From: Clostridia bacterium
GTDB lineage: Bacteria; Bacillota; Clostridia; Oscillospirales; RGIG7773
Direction: 5' to 3'
Assembly (NCBI GenBank): GCA_017554835.1
Contig: JAFZHO010000039.1
Span: 106 to 64,105 of the forward strand
DNA: 64,000 bases
Within the stretch, counting starts at the first letter, position 1, and every line of letters starts with the position of its first letter. A program made the translations under genes and the position numbers. This document shows, piece after piece, positions 1-7,466 of this stretch. The notes under the pieces were generated by a model. The model was not told the origin of the DNA. It saw only the letters and a list, made by a program, of their open reading frames with translations, and did not search any database.

Positions 1-30
1 AAAATGGTAACAGCAGCACTTACTAAATAA
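1..30 (+). CDS. Probable 3' end of a gene that starts upstream of the window (...KMVTAALTK*)
   Basis: Frame 1 is open from base 1 to TAA at 28-30. A diverged copy of the same codons at 1121-1147 differs only at third positions, which argues this is coding. A terminator follows at 72-105. Confidence 0.3.
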   Translation, partial: KMVTAALTK

Positions 31-71
31 TAAAAAGCCCTACGGACTTTTCAAAGTTTATAAAACTTTTA

Positions 72-105
72 ATATCCCATCCGAATACGGATGGGATATT
101 TTTTC
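72..105 (+). terminator. Rho-independent terminator
   Basis: Perfect 12-bp stem atatcccatccg/cggatgggatat with a 4-nt loop, followed by a T-run. Confidence 0.75.
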
Positions 106-147
106 ATAAATAAAATCCGAGGAGTTTTATTATCAGTATTAGAAAAT

Positions 148-198
148 CCTGCATATAATAAAATGCAGATGGAAATCTGCTGCAGATAAAAATCTGCA
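148..198 (+). promoter_or_regulatory. Promoter -10 region plus tandem palindromic operator-like sites upstream of the DUF11 gene
   Basis: TATAAT at 154-159 lies inside the inverted repeat ctgcat/atgcag (149-154/163-168). Two abutting 18-bp palindromes of form TGCAGAT-N4-ATCTGC(A) follow at 164-181 and 181-198, just before the RBS. Confidence 0.4.
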
Positions 199-221
199 AA
201 AAGGAAAGGGGATTTCTAAGA

Positions 222-1070
222 ATGGCAATTTTCACTAACCAGGCAACCTTATCATATAATAACGCCGTAACAAATTCCAACGTGGCAACGGGAGAAATCC
301 TTGAGGTAATTTCGGCGACCAAAACCGCCGTTATGGATAGCTACGTTCAAAACGATGATATAACCTATATCGTAAGTATAACAAATTCAGGAACGGTAGG
401 GTTTTCCAACCTGACGGTAACGGATAATCTGGGTGCGTATCCATTTGGGGAGACTACTTTATACCCATTGACATATACTCCCTTATCAGCAAGGTATTAT
501 ATTAACGGAGTTTTGCAAAACGCAGTAAACGTAACAAGTGAAGAGCCTCTCGTTATTGAGGGAATATCAGTTCCCGCCGGGGGCAACGCTATCTTAATCT
601 ATGAGGCAAGAGCAAATCAGTTTGCACCTCTCGGAACAGAAGATAGCATAGTCAACGAGGCAACTATATCAGGGGGAGGATTAACTCCTTTTACTGCTAC
701 GGAAACGGTATTCACCGAGAATAGAGCAGATTTAATCATAACAAAATCAATCTGCCCCGAAACCGTTACGGAAAACGGTCAGATAACTTATACTCTTATT
801 ATTCAAAACTCAGGAAATACAGAGGCCGCCGCAACGGATAACGTGGTAATATCTGATATTTTTGACCCGATTTTGACTAATATATCGGTAACACTGAACG
901 GCGAAATCCTACCGGGAACAAATTATACCTATAACGAGGAAACAGGGGAATTTCAGACAATTGCGGGGGCAGTTACCGTGCCTGCTGCAACCTATGAACA
1001 AGATGCCACCAACGGAAATTATATAATAAATCCGGGCGTCAGCGTAGTTACAATTACGGGAACAGTATGA
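222..1070 (+). CDS. DUF11 / conserved-repeat-domain protein with two repeats and no signal peptide
   Basis: Two copies of the DUF11-type motif: ITYIVSITNSGTVGFSNLTVTDNL and ITYTLIIQNSGNTEAAATDNVVISDIFDP. RBS ggaaagggga lies upstream. The N-terminus MAIFTNQATLSY has no hydrophobic leader. Confidence 0.6.
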   Translation: MAIFTNQATLSYNNAVTNSNVATGEILEVISATKTAVMDSYVQNDDITYIVSITNSGTVGFSNLTVTDNLGAYPFGETTLYPLTYTPLSARYYINGVLQNAVNVTSEEPLVIEGISVPAGGNAILIYEARANQFAPLGTEDSIVNEATISGGGLTPFTATETVFTENRADLIITKSICPETVTENGQITYTLIIQNSGNTEAAATDNVVISDIFDPILTNISVTLNGEILPGTNYTYNEETGEFQTIAGAVTVPAATYEQDATNGNYIINPGVSVVTITGTV

Positions 1071-1074
1071 TAAG

Positions 1075-1120
1075 AAAAAAACAGAGTAGTCTTTTTAGAC
1101 TACTCTGTTTAAATTTCCGC
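1075..1120. repeat. Copy 1 of a 46-bp perfect direct repeat containing a bidirectional terminator hairpin
   Basis: aaaaaaacagagtagtctttttagactactctgtttaaatttccgc is identical to 3643-3688. The hairpin is cagagtagtc/gactactctg, flanked by A- and T-runs. Confidence 0.9.
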
Positions 1121-1157
1121 ATGGTAACGGCAGCTCTAACAAAATATATCCCTACGG
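1121..1157 (+). pseudogene. Relic of a gene 3' end, homologous to bases 4-45
   Basis: atggtaacggcagctctaacaaaatat...ccctacgg aligns with atggtaacagcagcacttactaaataa...ccctacgg. Both encode MVTAALTK, and the 4 differences within those codons are all synonymous. Confidence 0.35.
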
Positions 1158-1372
1158 CATAGAACAAGTCAGGTGAGATACTTGCCTCTCACTTTGGGAG
1201 ATTTGCAAGTCGTCTCTACGGAGATGAAAGGGGCAAAATTTTATAAACTCAACTTTGAAATTTACGTAAAAAGAAAATGTTTACTTTTTATAGGAAGATT
1301 TTTCACATCGAATTAACAAATAATTCATAGTTGGAGAGTATAATCGTTTTATCAATAAAAAGGAGCAGAACT

Positions 1373-2983
1373 ATGTATATTTTGAAAAATGCCTGGAAAA
1401 ATATTGGCCGAGCCAAAGGAAGAAACATCCTCATAGGAATTATAGTTGTTATTATTTCCCTTGCAAGTTGCATAACTTTATCTATCAACAATTCTGCAAA
1501 CGAGATAATAAAAAGTCAGAAAGAAAGCTCGTCAATAGTGGCGACGATTTCTGTTGACCGTCAGAAGATGATGGAATCAGTAACATCAGGGGGTCAACCC
1601 GGAAAAGACGATTTTCGGAATATGATGAAAGATTTTGATAGTTTATCTGCAGAAGAAATAGAGAAATATTCAAAATCTGAATATGTTAAAGAATGCACTT
1701 ATTCTCTTACGGGAAACATCAACGCAGTAACAATGGAAGCATATAGCTCCACTACGGCAGAAAACTCCTCAAATATTTCAAGACCCAATAACTTTCAGGG
1801 AGGCGGAATGGGTGGTTTCCCTGGCGGAAAAGATATGAATAAAATGCCAACCAGGGTTCAGGGAGATTTCTCTATTGTTGGATATAGCTCTTCAACTGCT
1901 ATGACAGATTTTATTAAAGGAGATAGCAAAATAGTTGAGGGCGAAATGTTTGATGCCACAACAAGCGAAAAAGTCTGCGTAATTTCAAAAGAACTTGCTC
2001 TATTTAACGGGCTTTCAGTTGGAAATACCATCACTTTATGCAATCCTGCAAGCGATGCCGAAACCTATGAATTTTTAATAACAGGAATTTATCAGGATTC
2101 AACTTCCGGTTCAAATCAGGATATGTTTATGAATATGTCCTCAATGGATAGCGCCAACAAAATCATAACAAGTTATAACGCTTATAACGACATGATAGCG
2201 GCATCCAAAACATATAACACAACAACCGAAGATGACCAGACTGCAACATCTGAAATTATGGGAAATCTTTCAAGCTCTTATTATCTCACAAGTGCCGATG
2301 ACGTAGAAAAGTTTGAAAATGATATAAGAAGCATGGGCCTTGACGAAATGTATAGCGTTTCATCTAACCTTTCATCCGTTACGGCGGCTTTGGAGCCACT
2401 TGAAAATCTTCGCACTTTCTCCCTTGTTTTCCTTCTTGTTGTTCTTGTTATAGGCGGCATTATACTTATTGTTATCAATATTATCAATATACGCGAAAGA
2501 AAATACGAAATCGGCGTTCTTACTGCAATAGGAATGAAGAAATCAAAGGTGGGCTTGCAGTTTGTTTTCGAACTTATGACGGTTGCTTTAATCGCCCTTA
2601 TAATCGGAACAGGTATCGGCGCTGCGGTTTCCGTTCCTACTGCAAGTTTGATGCTTGAAAACCAGATAGAATCTCAGACTTCTCAGTCAAATAAGATAGA
2701 AGAGAACTTCGGTCGTCCTGGCGGCGGCGGTCCTGGTGGAATGCCGGGCGGAAACGGCGGCGGATTCCCCGGAGGATTCCCCGGTGGCAATATGGGTGGA
2801 ATGTTTGGTATGGATGATAGAGAAAACGTTACCTATATTGATCAGATTAACGCAGTAGTAAGCGGCAAAGTGCTATTGGAGCTTCTTGGAATCGGACTTC
2901 TTCTAACTCTTATTGCATCGGGAGCATCAATAGTATTTATATCAAGATATTCACCACTTAAGATATTAAGTGAAAGAGCATAG
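1373..2983 (+). CDS. ABC transporter permease, FtsX/MacB-like, with Gly/Pro-rich low-complexity inserts
   Basis: N-terminal TM helix, a large extracytoplasmic domain, then 3 C-terminal TM helices (FtsX topology). The ATG at 1373 follows RBS aaaaggag. The gene sits directly upstream of its ATPase partner. Confidence 0.8.
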   Translation: MYILKNAWKNIGRAKGRNILIGIIVVIISLASCITLSINNSANEIIKSQKESSSIVATISVDRQKMMESVTSGGQPGKDDFRNMMKDFDSLSAEEIEKYSKSEYVKECTYSLTGNINAVTMEAYSSTTAENSSNISRPNNFQGGGMGGFPGGKDMNKMPTRVQGDFSIVGYSSSTAMTDFIKGDSKIVEGEMFDATTSEKVCVISKELALFNGLSVGNTITLCNPASDAETYEFLITGIYQDSTSGSNQDMFMNMSSMDSANKIITSYNAYNDMIAASKTYNTTTEDDQTATSEIMGNLSSSYYLTSADDVEKFENDIRSMGLDEMYSVSSNLSSVTAALEPLENLRTFSLVFLLVVLVIGGIILIVINIINIRERKYEIGVLTAIGMKKSKVGLQFVFELMTVALIALIIGTGIGAAVSVPTASLMLENQIESQTSQSNKIEENFGRPGGGGPGGMPGGNGGGFPGGFPGGNMGGMFGMDDRENVTYIDQINAVVSGKVLLELLGIGLLLTLIASGASIVFISRYSPLKILSERA

Positions 2984-2994
2984 GAGGGGATATT

Positions 2995-3657
2995 ATGGCA
3001 GTTTTGGAAACTAAAAATCTATGTTATACCTACGATAAAAAGAGAAAACCCGTATTAAATAACGTATCCATCTCCTTTGACGAGGGCAAAACCTACGCAA
3101 TTATGGGCAAATCAGGAACGGGAAAAACCACCTTGCTTTCACTTTTGTCAGGGCTTGAAGTTCCAACGAGTGGTGAGATATTATACCACGGCAAAAATAT
3201 TAACAAAATCGATAAATATAAATTCAGAAGCCAGAATATCGGCGTAATTTTTCAGAGTTTTAACCTATTGCCTCAGTTAACGGCTCTTGAAAACGTTATT
3301 TTGTCAATGGACGTTTCAGGGTTAAAAATCAAAGATAAAAAAGGCGAAGCCCTTAAAATGCTTTCAAAAGTTGATATCAACGAGGAAAAAGCAAATAGAA
3401 AAATCCTCAAACTTTCCGGCGGTGAACAGCAGAGAGTTGCAATCGCAAGAGCGCTATGCTATAACCCTGATATAATTCTTGCCGATGAGCCAACAGGAAA
3501 CCTTGACGAAGAAAATCAGAACGAAGTTGTAAATATATTAAAATCTCTTGCTCGTGATGACGGAAAATGCGTTATTATCGTAACTCATTCCCAGAGCGTT
3601 GGAAACGCCTGCGATGAGATATTTGACCTTTCTTCTCTTAATAAAAAAACAGAGTAG
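2995..3657 (+). CDS. ABC transporter ATP-binding protein (MacB/LolD-like)
   Basis: Walker A GKSGTGKTT, signature LSGGEQQRVAIARA, Walker B ILADEPTGNLD and an H-loop VTH. Confidence 0.9.
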   Translation: MAVLETKNLCYTYDKKRKPVLNNVSISFDEGKTYAIMGKSGTGKTTLLSLLSGLEVPTSGEILYHGKNINKIDKYKFRSQNIGVIFQSFNLLPQLTALENVILSMDVSGLKIKDKKGEALKMLSKVDINEEKANRKILKLSGGEQQRVAIARALCYNPDIILADEPTGNLDEENQNEVVNILKSLARDDGKCVIIVTHSQSVGNACDEIFDLSSLNKKTE

Positions 3658-3688
3658 TCTTTTTAGACTACTCTGTTTAAATTTCCGC
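3643..3688. repeat. Copy 2 of the 46-bp perfect direct repeat
   Basis: Identical to 1075-1120. It encodes the last codons of the ABC ATPase on the + strand and the last 8 codons plus stop of the dehydrogenase on the - strand. Confidence 0.9.
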
Positions 3689-4622
3689 CGTTATAGAAAC
3701 TTTCTATATTTTCGCATATTTTTGTAACAAGACTGTTTCTCGCTTCAACGCTTGCCCAGGCAATATGAGGAGTGAGAATCAGTTTATGGGCAATTTCTTT
3801 ATCAAGTATAGGTGAGTCGGGGCGAGGTGGCTCGTTTTCATAAACGTCGATACATGCCCCGCCGATAATATTCTCTTTAAGCGCTTTTGCAAGGTCCTTT
3901 TCATTAATGTTTCTGCCTCTTGCCACGTTAACGATAATGGAAGAGGGTTTCATTTCTGAAAGCTCTTTATAAGTAATAAGATTATCAGTAACCTCGTTTA
4001 AAGGACAATGAAGGGAAACAACATCACTTTTTGATAAAAGTTCCTTTAAAGAAACTGATTTATACTCGCTGTTATTATTTTTGCCGCTTGTCGAATAGTA
4101 TAAAACGTCGCATCCGAAAGCAGAGGCGATTTTTGCAACCTCTTTGCCAATATTTCCAAGTCCGATAATTCCCCAGGTCTTGCCATCAAGGTTATAATAA
4201 GGCCAGCCGAGATAGTTTGCCGTATCTCCGTTTGCGTAGGCGCCTGATTTCACGTGGTTATCGTAGAGGGCGATGTTTTCAATAAGGGATAGCGCCATAG
4301 CAAAGGTATGCTGAGCCACGCTTTTTGTGGAATAGCCGGGAACGTTACATACCGCGATATTATTTTTCTTGCAGTAATCGGTGTCTATATTATTATAGCC
4401 CGTTGCAAGAAGACAGATAAGCTTGAGATTTTTTGCGGTTTTGAGATTTTCTTCGTTAAGAAAAACTTTATTAAGAATCAAAACTTCTGCATCTTTGATT
4501 TCTTCTGCTACTTTTTTCTTTGGGGTAACGGGGTTAATAAAAAGCTCTCCGTGAGCTGCAAAGGGGGAAACGTCTATATCATTTCCCAAAGTTTCTCTAT
4601 CAAGCATTAAGATTTTTCTCAT
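3663..4622 (-). CDS. D-isomer-specific 2-hydroxyacid dehydrogenase (glycerate dehydrogenase-like)
   Basis: NAD-binding motif GIIGLGNIGKEVA and catalytic-region motifs ARG...ID and TPHIAWAS, typical of the family. Confidence 0.85.
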   Translation of the reverse strand: MRKILMLDRETLGNDIDVSPFAAHGELFINPVTPKKKVAEEIKDAEVLILNKVFLNEENLKTAKNLKLICLLATGYNNIDTDYCKKNNIAVCNVPGYSTKSVAQHTFAMALSLIENIALYDNHVKSGAYANGDTANYLGWPYYNLDGKTWGIIGLGNIGKEVAKIASAFGCDVLYYSTSGKNNNSEYKSVSLKELLSKSDVVSLHCPLNEVTDNLITYKELSEMKPSSIIVNVARGRNINEKDLAKALKENIIGGACIDVYENEPPRPDSPILDKEIAHKLILTPHIAWASVEARNSLVTKICENIESFYNGGNLNRVV

Positions 4623-4649
4623 ATTGCGCCTCCGTTTTGTAATTCATAA

Positions 4650-5201
4650 TCAAGGGTGATGCTTTTCCAAATAAATATTTATCAAATTAATTATCACGGG
4701 AATAAGAATAAACTGCAATACAATTCCCAAAAGCGAATCAAGTATCCCACCTGCTATAAACGCCTGAATGGTAAAGACCTGACCTTTTATTCCCAGTAAA
4801 ATCGCCTTTGCAACGCCCCAGACGATGCGTCCGCAAACCATAGATATAAAAAGGCAGCAATAAATCCACCATATTTTCTTCTTTCTGAAAGAAAAATATA
4901 GTAATCCTATCACTAAACCGTATGTTGCAAGTTCTGCCGACATCCAGACAGCGTTGGGGTAAATCGGGGGCATACCAAAAGCCACCGACCTTAAAAAAGG
5001 TAGTATAAGCCCTACGGCAAAGCCATATTTCCATCCGCAAATAATTCCGCAAAGCATAACGGGAAAGTGCATGGGAAGAAGCGTATCTCCTATTTCTTTG
5101 ATTTGCCCCGTTAATAAGGGCAAAACCATTCCAAGAGAAAGAAATAACGCAGAAAAAACAATTTTATGAATATTTGATTTACATAAGGAATTCTTTTTCA
5201 T
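4650..5201 (-). CDS. ECF-transporter S-component-like membrane protein, substrate unknown
   Basis: About 180 aa with 5-6 TM helices. The motif LPMHFPVMLCG...G is typical of ECF substrate-capture subunits. Confidence 0.5.
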   Translation of the reverse strand: MKKNSLCKSNIHKIVFSALFLSLGMVLPLLTGQIKEIGDTLLPMHFPVMLCGIICGWKYGFAVGLILPFLRSVAFGMPPIYPNAVWMSAELATYGLVIGLLYFSFRKKKIWWIYCCLFISMVCGRIVWGVAKAILLGIKGQVFTIQAFIAGGILDSLLGIVLQFILIPVIINLINIYLEKHHP

Positions 5202-5313
5202 TATATCACCATCGATATTATATCATTTTTGAAAAATAATTTCAAACACTTGAAATATTTATAAAAAAGTTATAAAATATAAGGGAAAAGAAAATAAAAA
5301 GGAGATAATAAAA

Positions 5314-5883
5314 ATGTCAAAAGTTATTATTGAAACATCTGCAAAACACGTTCACCTTTCTGAAAAAGACTTAGCAGTTCTATTCGGAGAAGGCGCAAAA
5401 CTAACAGAAAAAAGACCTCTTTCTCAGCCGGGTCAGTATCTTTGCGAAGAAAGAGTTATCCTTAGAGGAGAAAAAGGCGAACTTAAAAACGTTGCTATTT
5501 TAGGTCCTACTCGTCCTGATACTCAGGTTGAGGTATCTTTCACCGATGCAAGAGCACTTGGAGTAGTTCCTCCTGTTCGTGAGTCAGGCGACGTTGCAGG
5601 TAGCGCAAAATGCACTATCGTTGGTCCTTGCGGCGAGGTTGAAATTCCTTATGGAGTTATCGTTGCAAAAAGACACGTGCATATCACTCCTGAAGACGCA
5701 GAAAAATTCGGCGTTAAAGATAAAGAAATCGTTACCGTAAAAACCCAGGGTGACAGAGGAATTTCTTTTGATAATACCGTTGTTCGCGTTTCTGAAAAAT
5801 TCCAGACAAGAATGCATATCGACTACGATGAAGCAAATGCAGCAGGAATTTCAGGCGAAGTAGAAGGCGAAATTATAAAATAA
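5314..5883 (+). CDS. pduL: Phosphate propanoyl/acetyl-transferase PduL
   Basis: Two PduL half-domains carry the motifs SAKHVHLS and AKRHVHITPEDA. Length is about 190 aa. Confidence 0.8.
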   Translation: MSKVIIETSAKHVHLSEKDLAVLFGEGAKLTEKRPLSQPGQYLCEERVILRGEKGELKNVAILGPTRPDTQVEVSFTDARALGVVPPVRESGDVAGSAKCTIVGPCGEVEIPYGVIVAKRHVHITPEDAEKFGVKDKEIVTVKTQGDRGISFDNTVVRVSEKFQTRMHIDYDEANAAGISGEVEGEIIK

Positions 5884-5913
5884 GTTTTCTATAAAAATAA
5901 TCGGAGTAAGAAA

Positions 5914-7251
5914 TTACGCCGATTTTTTTATTTTCAGATTAATCGTTAATAAAATCGCCAAAATCCCACTTGCCGTGCAAGAGAAAAGAGGAGTCAGCCA
6001 TACCCCGTTTAACTGCCATATAGGAGATAAGATAAAAAGAAACGCTATGGGGAAAAATAAGGTGCCGAAAAAGGAAATGACCAAAGATCTTGCAGGTCTT
6101 TCAATAGAGGTAAAGAACGAAGAAAAGCACATATCCACCCACCCCGTAAGATAAGAAAGGGAGAAAAACTTCATCCCGATAATACTGATTTTTAAAAGCT
6201 CCGTATCCTCAGGTTTTATAAAAAATGGAGCAACGTATCTTCCCAAAAAGAGCATAAAAAGCATCGCCGCCGCAGATAATATAATGGCGCTGATAATAAC
6301 CCGATTAAAAAGCTGACGGACTTTTTTTAAAAGATTTGCTCCATAGCAGTAGCTTATTGCGGGAGAAATAGCATCACACATTCCAAAGCAGAGCATTCCT
6401 ATAATACTATCAACATACATAATAACGGAAAAAGCGGCAACTGCTGTTGTTCCACCGTATTCAAGGAGAAAAAAGTTATAGGCAACAGACATAACGGACA
6501 TAGAAATATTGCTGAAAAATTCGCTTGACCCGTTTGCGAGGATTTTGAGAAAATCTTTCAAGGGTATAATTTCCTTTATATAATAAACGTCCATTTTCTT
6601 TTTTCGGAAAAGAAAAAGAGTGAAAAGGGAACCGATTGCCATGGAGAAGCAACTGGTAAAGGCGGCAGCCCATATTCCCTGACCAAGAAAAGCAATAAGA
6701 ATAACGTCCATTGCTATATTAAATAGCTGAGTAAAAATACTTATCCACATACTGATTTTTTCTCTTCCGCAAACACGAAGGTAGTTATCGGTAGCAAAGA
6801 AAATTAGCATAAGAGGAGAAAAAACAGCGTAAACACGAAGGTATATAGCTCCGTATTTAATAGAAAGTTCTGATGCACCGGGGCCGAGAAAACGAATAAA
6901 ATCTTCTGCAAAAACATAACCGAAAATTCCGATTATTATAGAGAGAATAAAAATAAATTTAAGAGAGGAAGAAAAAACTTTCGAAGCTTCCTCTCTTTTT
7001 TTCTCGCCGAGAAGAATAGAGATTCTCACGGATGCTCCCGTTGCAATCATATTGGAAAAAGCAAAAACCATCATAATCACAGGCATAATGAGGTTAATGG
7101 CGGCAAGACCGTCCTCACCAATAAATCTACCCACGAAAAGACCGTCTGCAATCTGATATAATGCGCCGAATACCATGGTTATCATTGACGGAATCGCAAG
7201 ACGGAAAAACAATCTGGTTGATGGCAGCTTTTCAAAAATTTCTGAATCCAT
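5914..7251 (-). CDS. MATE family efflux transporter (MepA-like)
   Basis: 12-TM protein with a typical MATE N-terminus (LAIPSMITMVFGALYQIADGLFVG). The start is set at the ATG at 7251, preceded by GGAGG. The 53-codon extension in the ORF track covers the leader. Confidence 0.85.
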   Translation of the reverse strand: MDSEIFEKLPSTRLFFRLAIPSMITMVFGALYQIADGLFVGRFIGEDGLAAINLIMPVIMMVFAFSNMIATGASVRISILLGEKKREEASKVFSSSLKFIFILSIIIGIFGYVFAEDFIRFLGPGASELSIKYGAIYLRVYAVFSPLMLIFFATDNYLRVCGREKISMWISIFTQLFNIAMDVILIAFLGQGIWAAAFTSCFSMAIGSLFTLFLFRKKKMDVYYIKEIIPLKDFLKILANGSSEFFSNISMSVMSVAYNFFLLEYGGTTAVAAFSVIMYVDSIIGMLCFGMCDAISPAISYCYGANLLKKVRQLFNRVIISAIILSAAAMLFMLFLGRYVAPFFIKPEDTELLKISIIGMKFFSLSYLTGWVDMCFSSFFTSIERPARSLVISFFGTLFFPIAFLFILSPIWQLNGVWLTPLFSCTASGILAILLTINLKIKKSA

Positions 7252-7308
7252 TTTGACCTCCATAAGGTGACAAGACCATCTTTTCACACAATTTATTCTC
7301 GCAAGGCT

Positions 7309-7353
7309 AAAAAAAGAGCTACGGCTACTACGTTTTTTGTAATAACCGAGCTC
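7309..7353 (-). terminator. Intrinsic terminator/attenuator between bioY and the MATE gene
   Basis: Minus-strand RNA forms GAGCUCGG...CCGUAGCUC (8 bp plus a bulge) followed by UUUUUUU. Confidence 0.6.
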
Positions 7354-7466
7354 ACTCGATATCTTATCTGACAGGCGGCCTGCAAGCAAAACGCTTACTA
7401 TCCCCTGCACTACGGTGCACTGTCCTCCGATGGTTTATATTATACGCTATAATATAAATTTGTCAA
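7354..7466 (-). promoter_or_regulatory. Candidate promoter plus structured GC-rich leader (riboswitch-like three-way junction) upstream of the MATE gene
   Basis: On the minus strand, TTGACA (7466-7461) and TATAAT (7444-7439) are 16 nt apart. Downstream, P1 GGACAG/CUGUC (7425-7370) encloses the hairpins UGCAC-CGUA-GUGCA and GUAAGC-GUUUU-GCUUGC. Confidence 0.4.

Noticed and set aside
2700-2815. Short repetitive ggcgg/ggagga units that could look like a repeat array.
   Set aside because: They are in frame inside the permease gene and encode the Gly/Pro-rich loop. There are no spacers of regular length, so this is not a CRISPR array or a non-coding tandem repeat.
5314-5883. Solo pduL with no microcompartment (BMC) shell or pdu/eut genes nearby.
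   Set aside because: PduL-type phosphotransacylases are known to act as stand-alone Pta substitutes in some anaerobes. This is likely ordinary metabolism rather than a degraded BMC locus.
7252-7410. 53-codon N-terminal extension of the MATE ORF in the supplied track.
   Set aside because: The internal ATG at 7251 has a GGAGG RBS, and the MATE homology begins there. The extension overlaps a terminator hairpin, so it is leader sequence, not coding.
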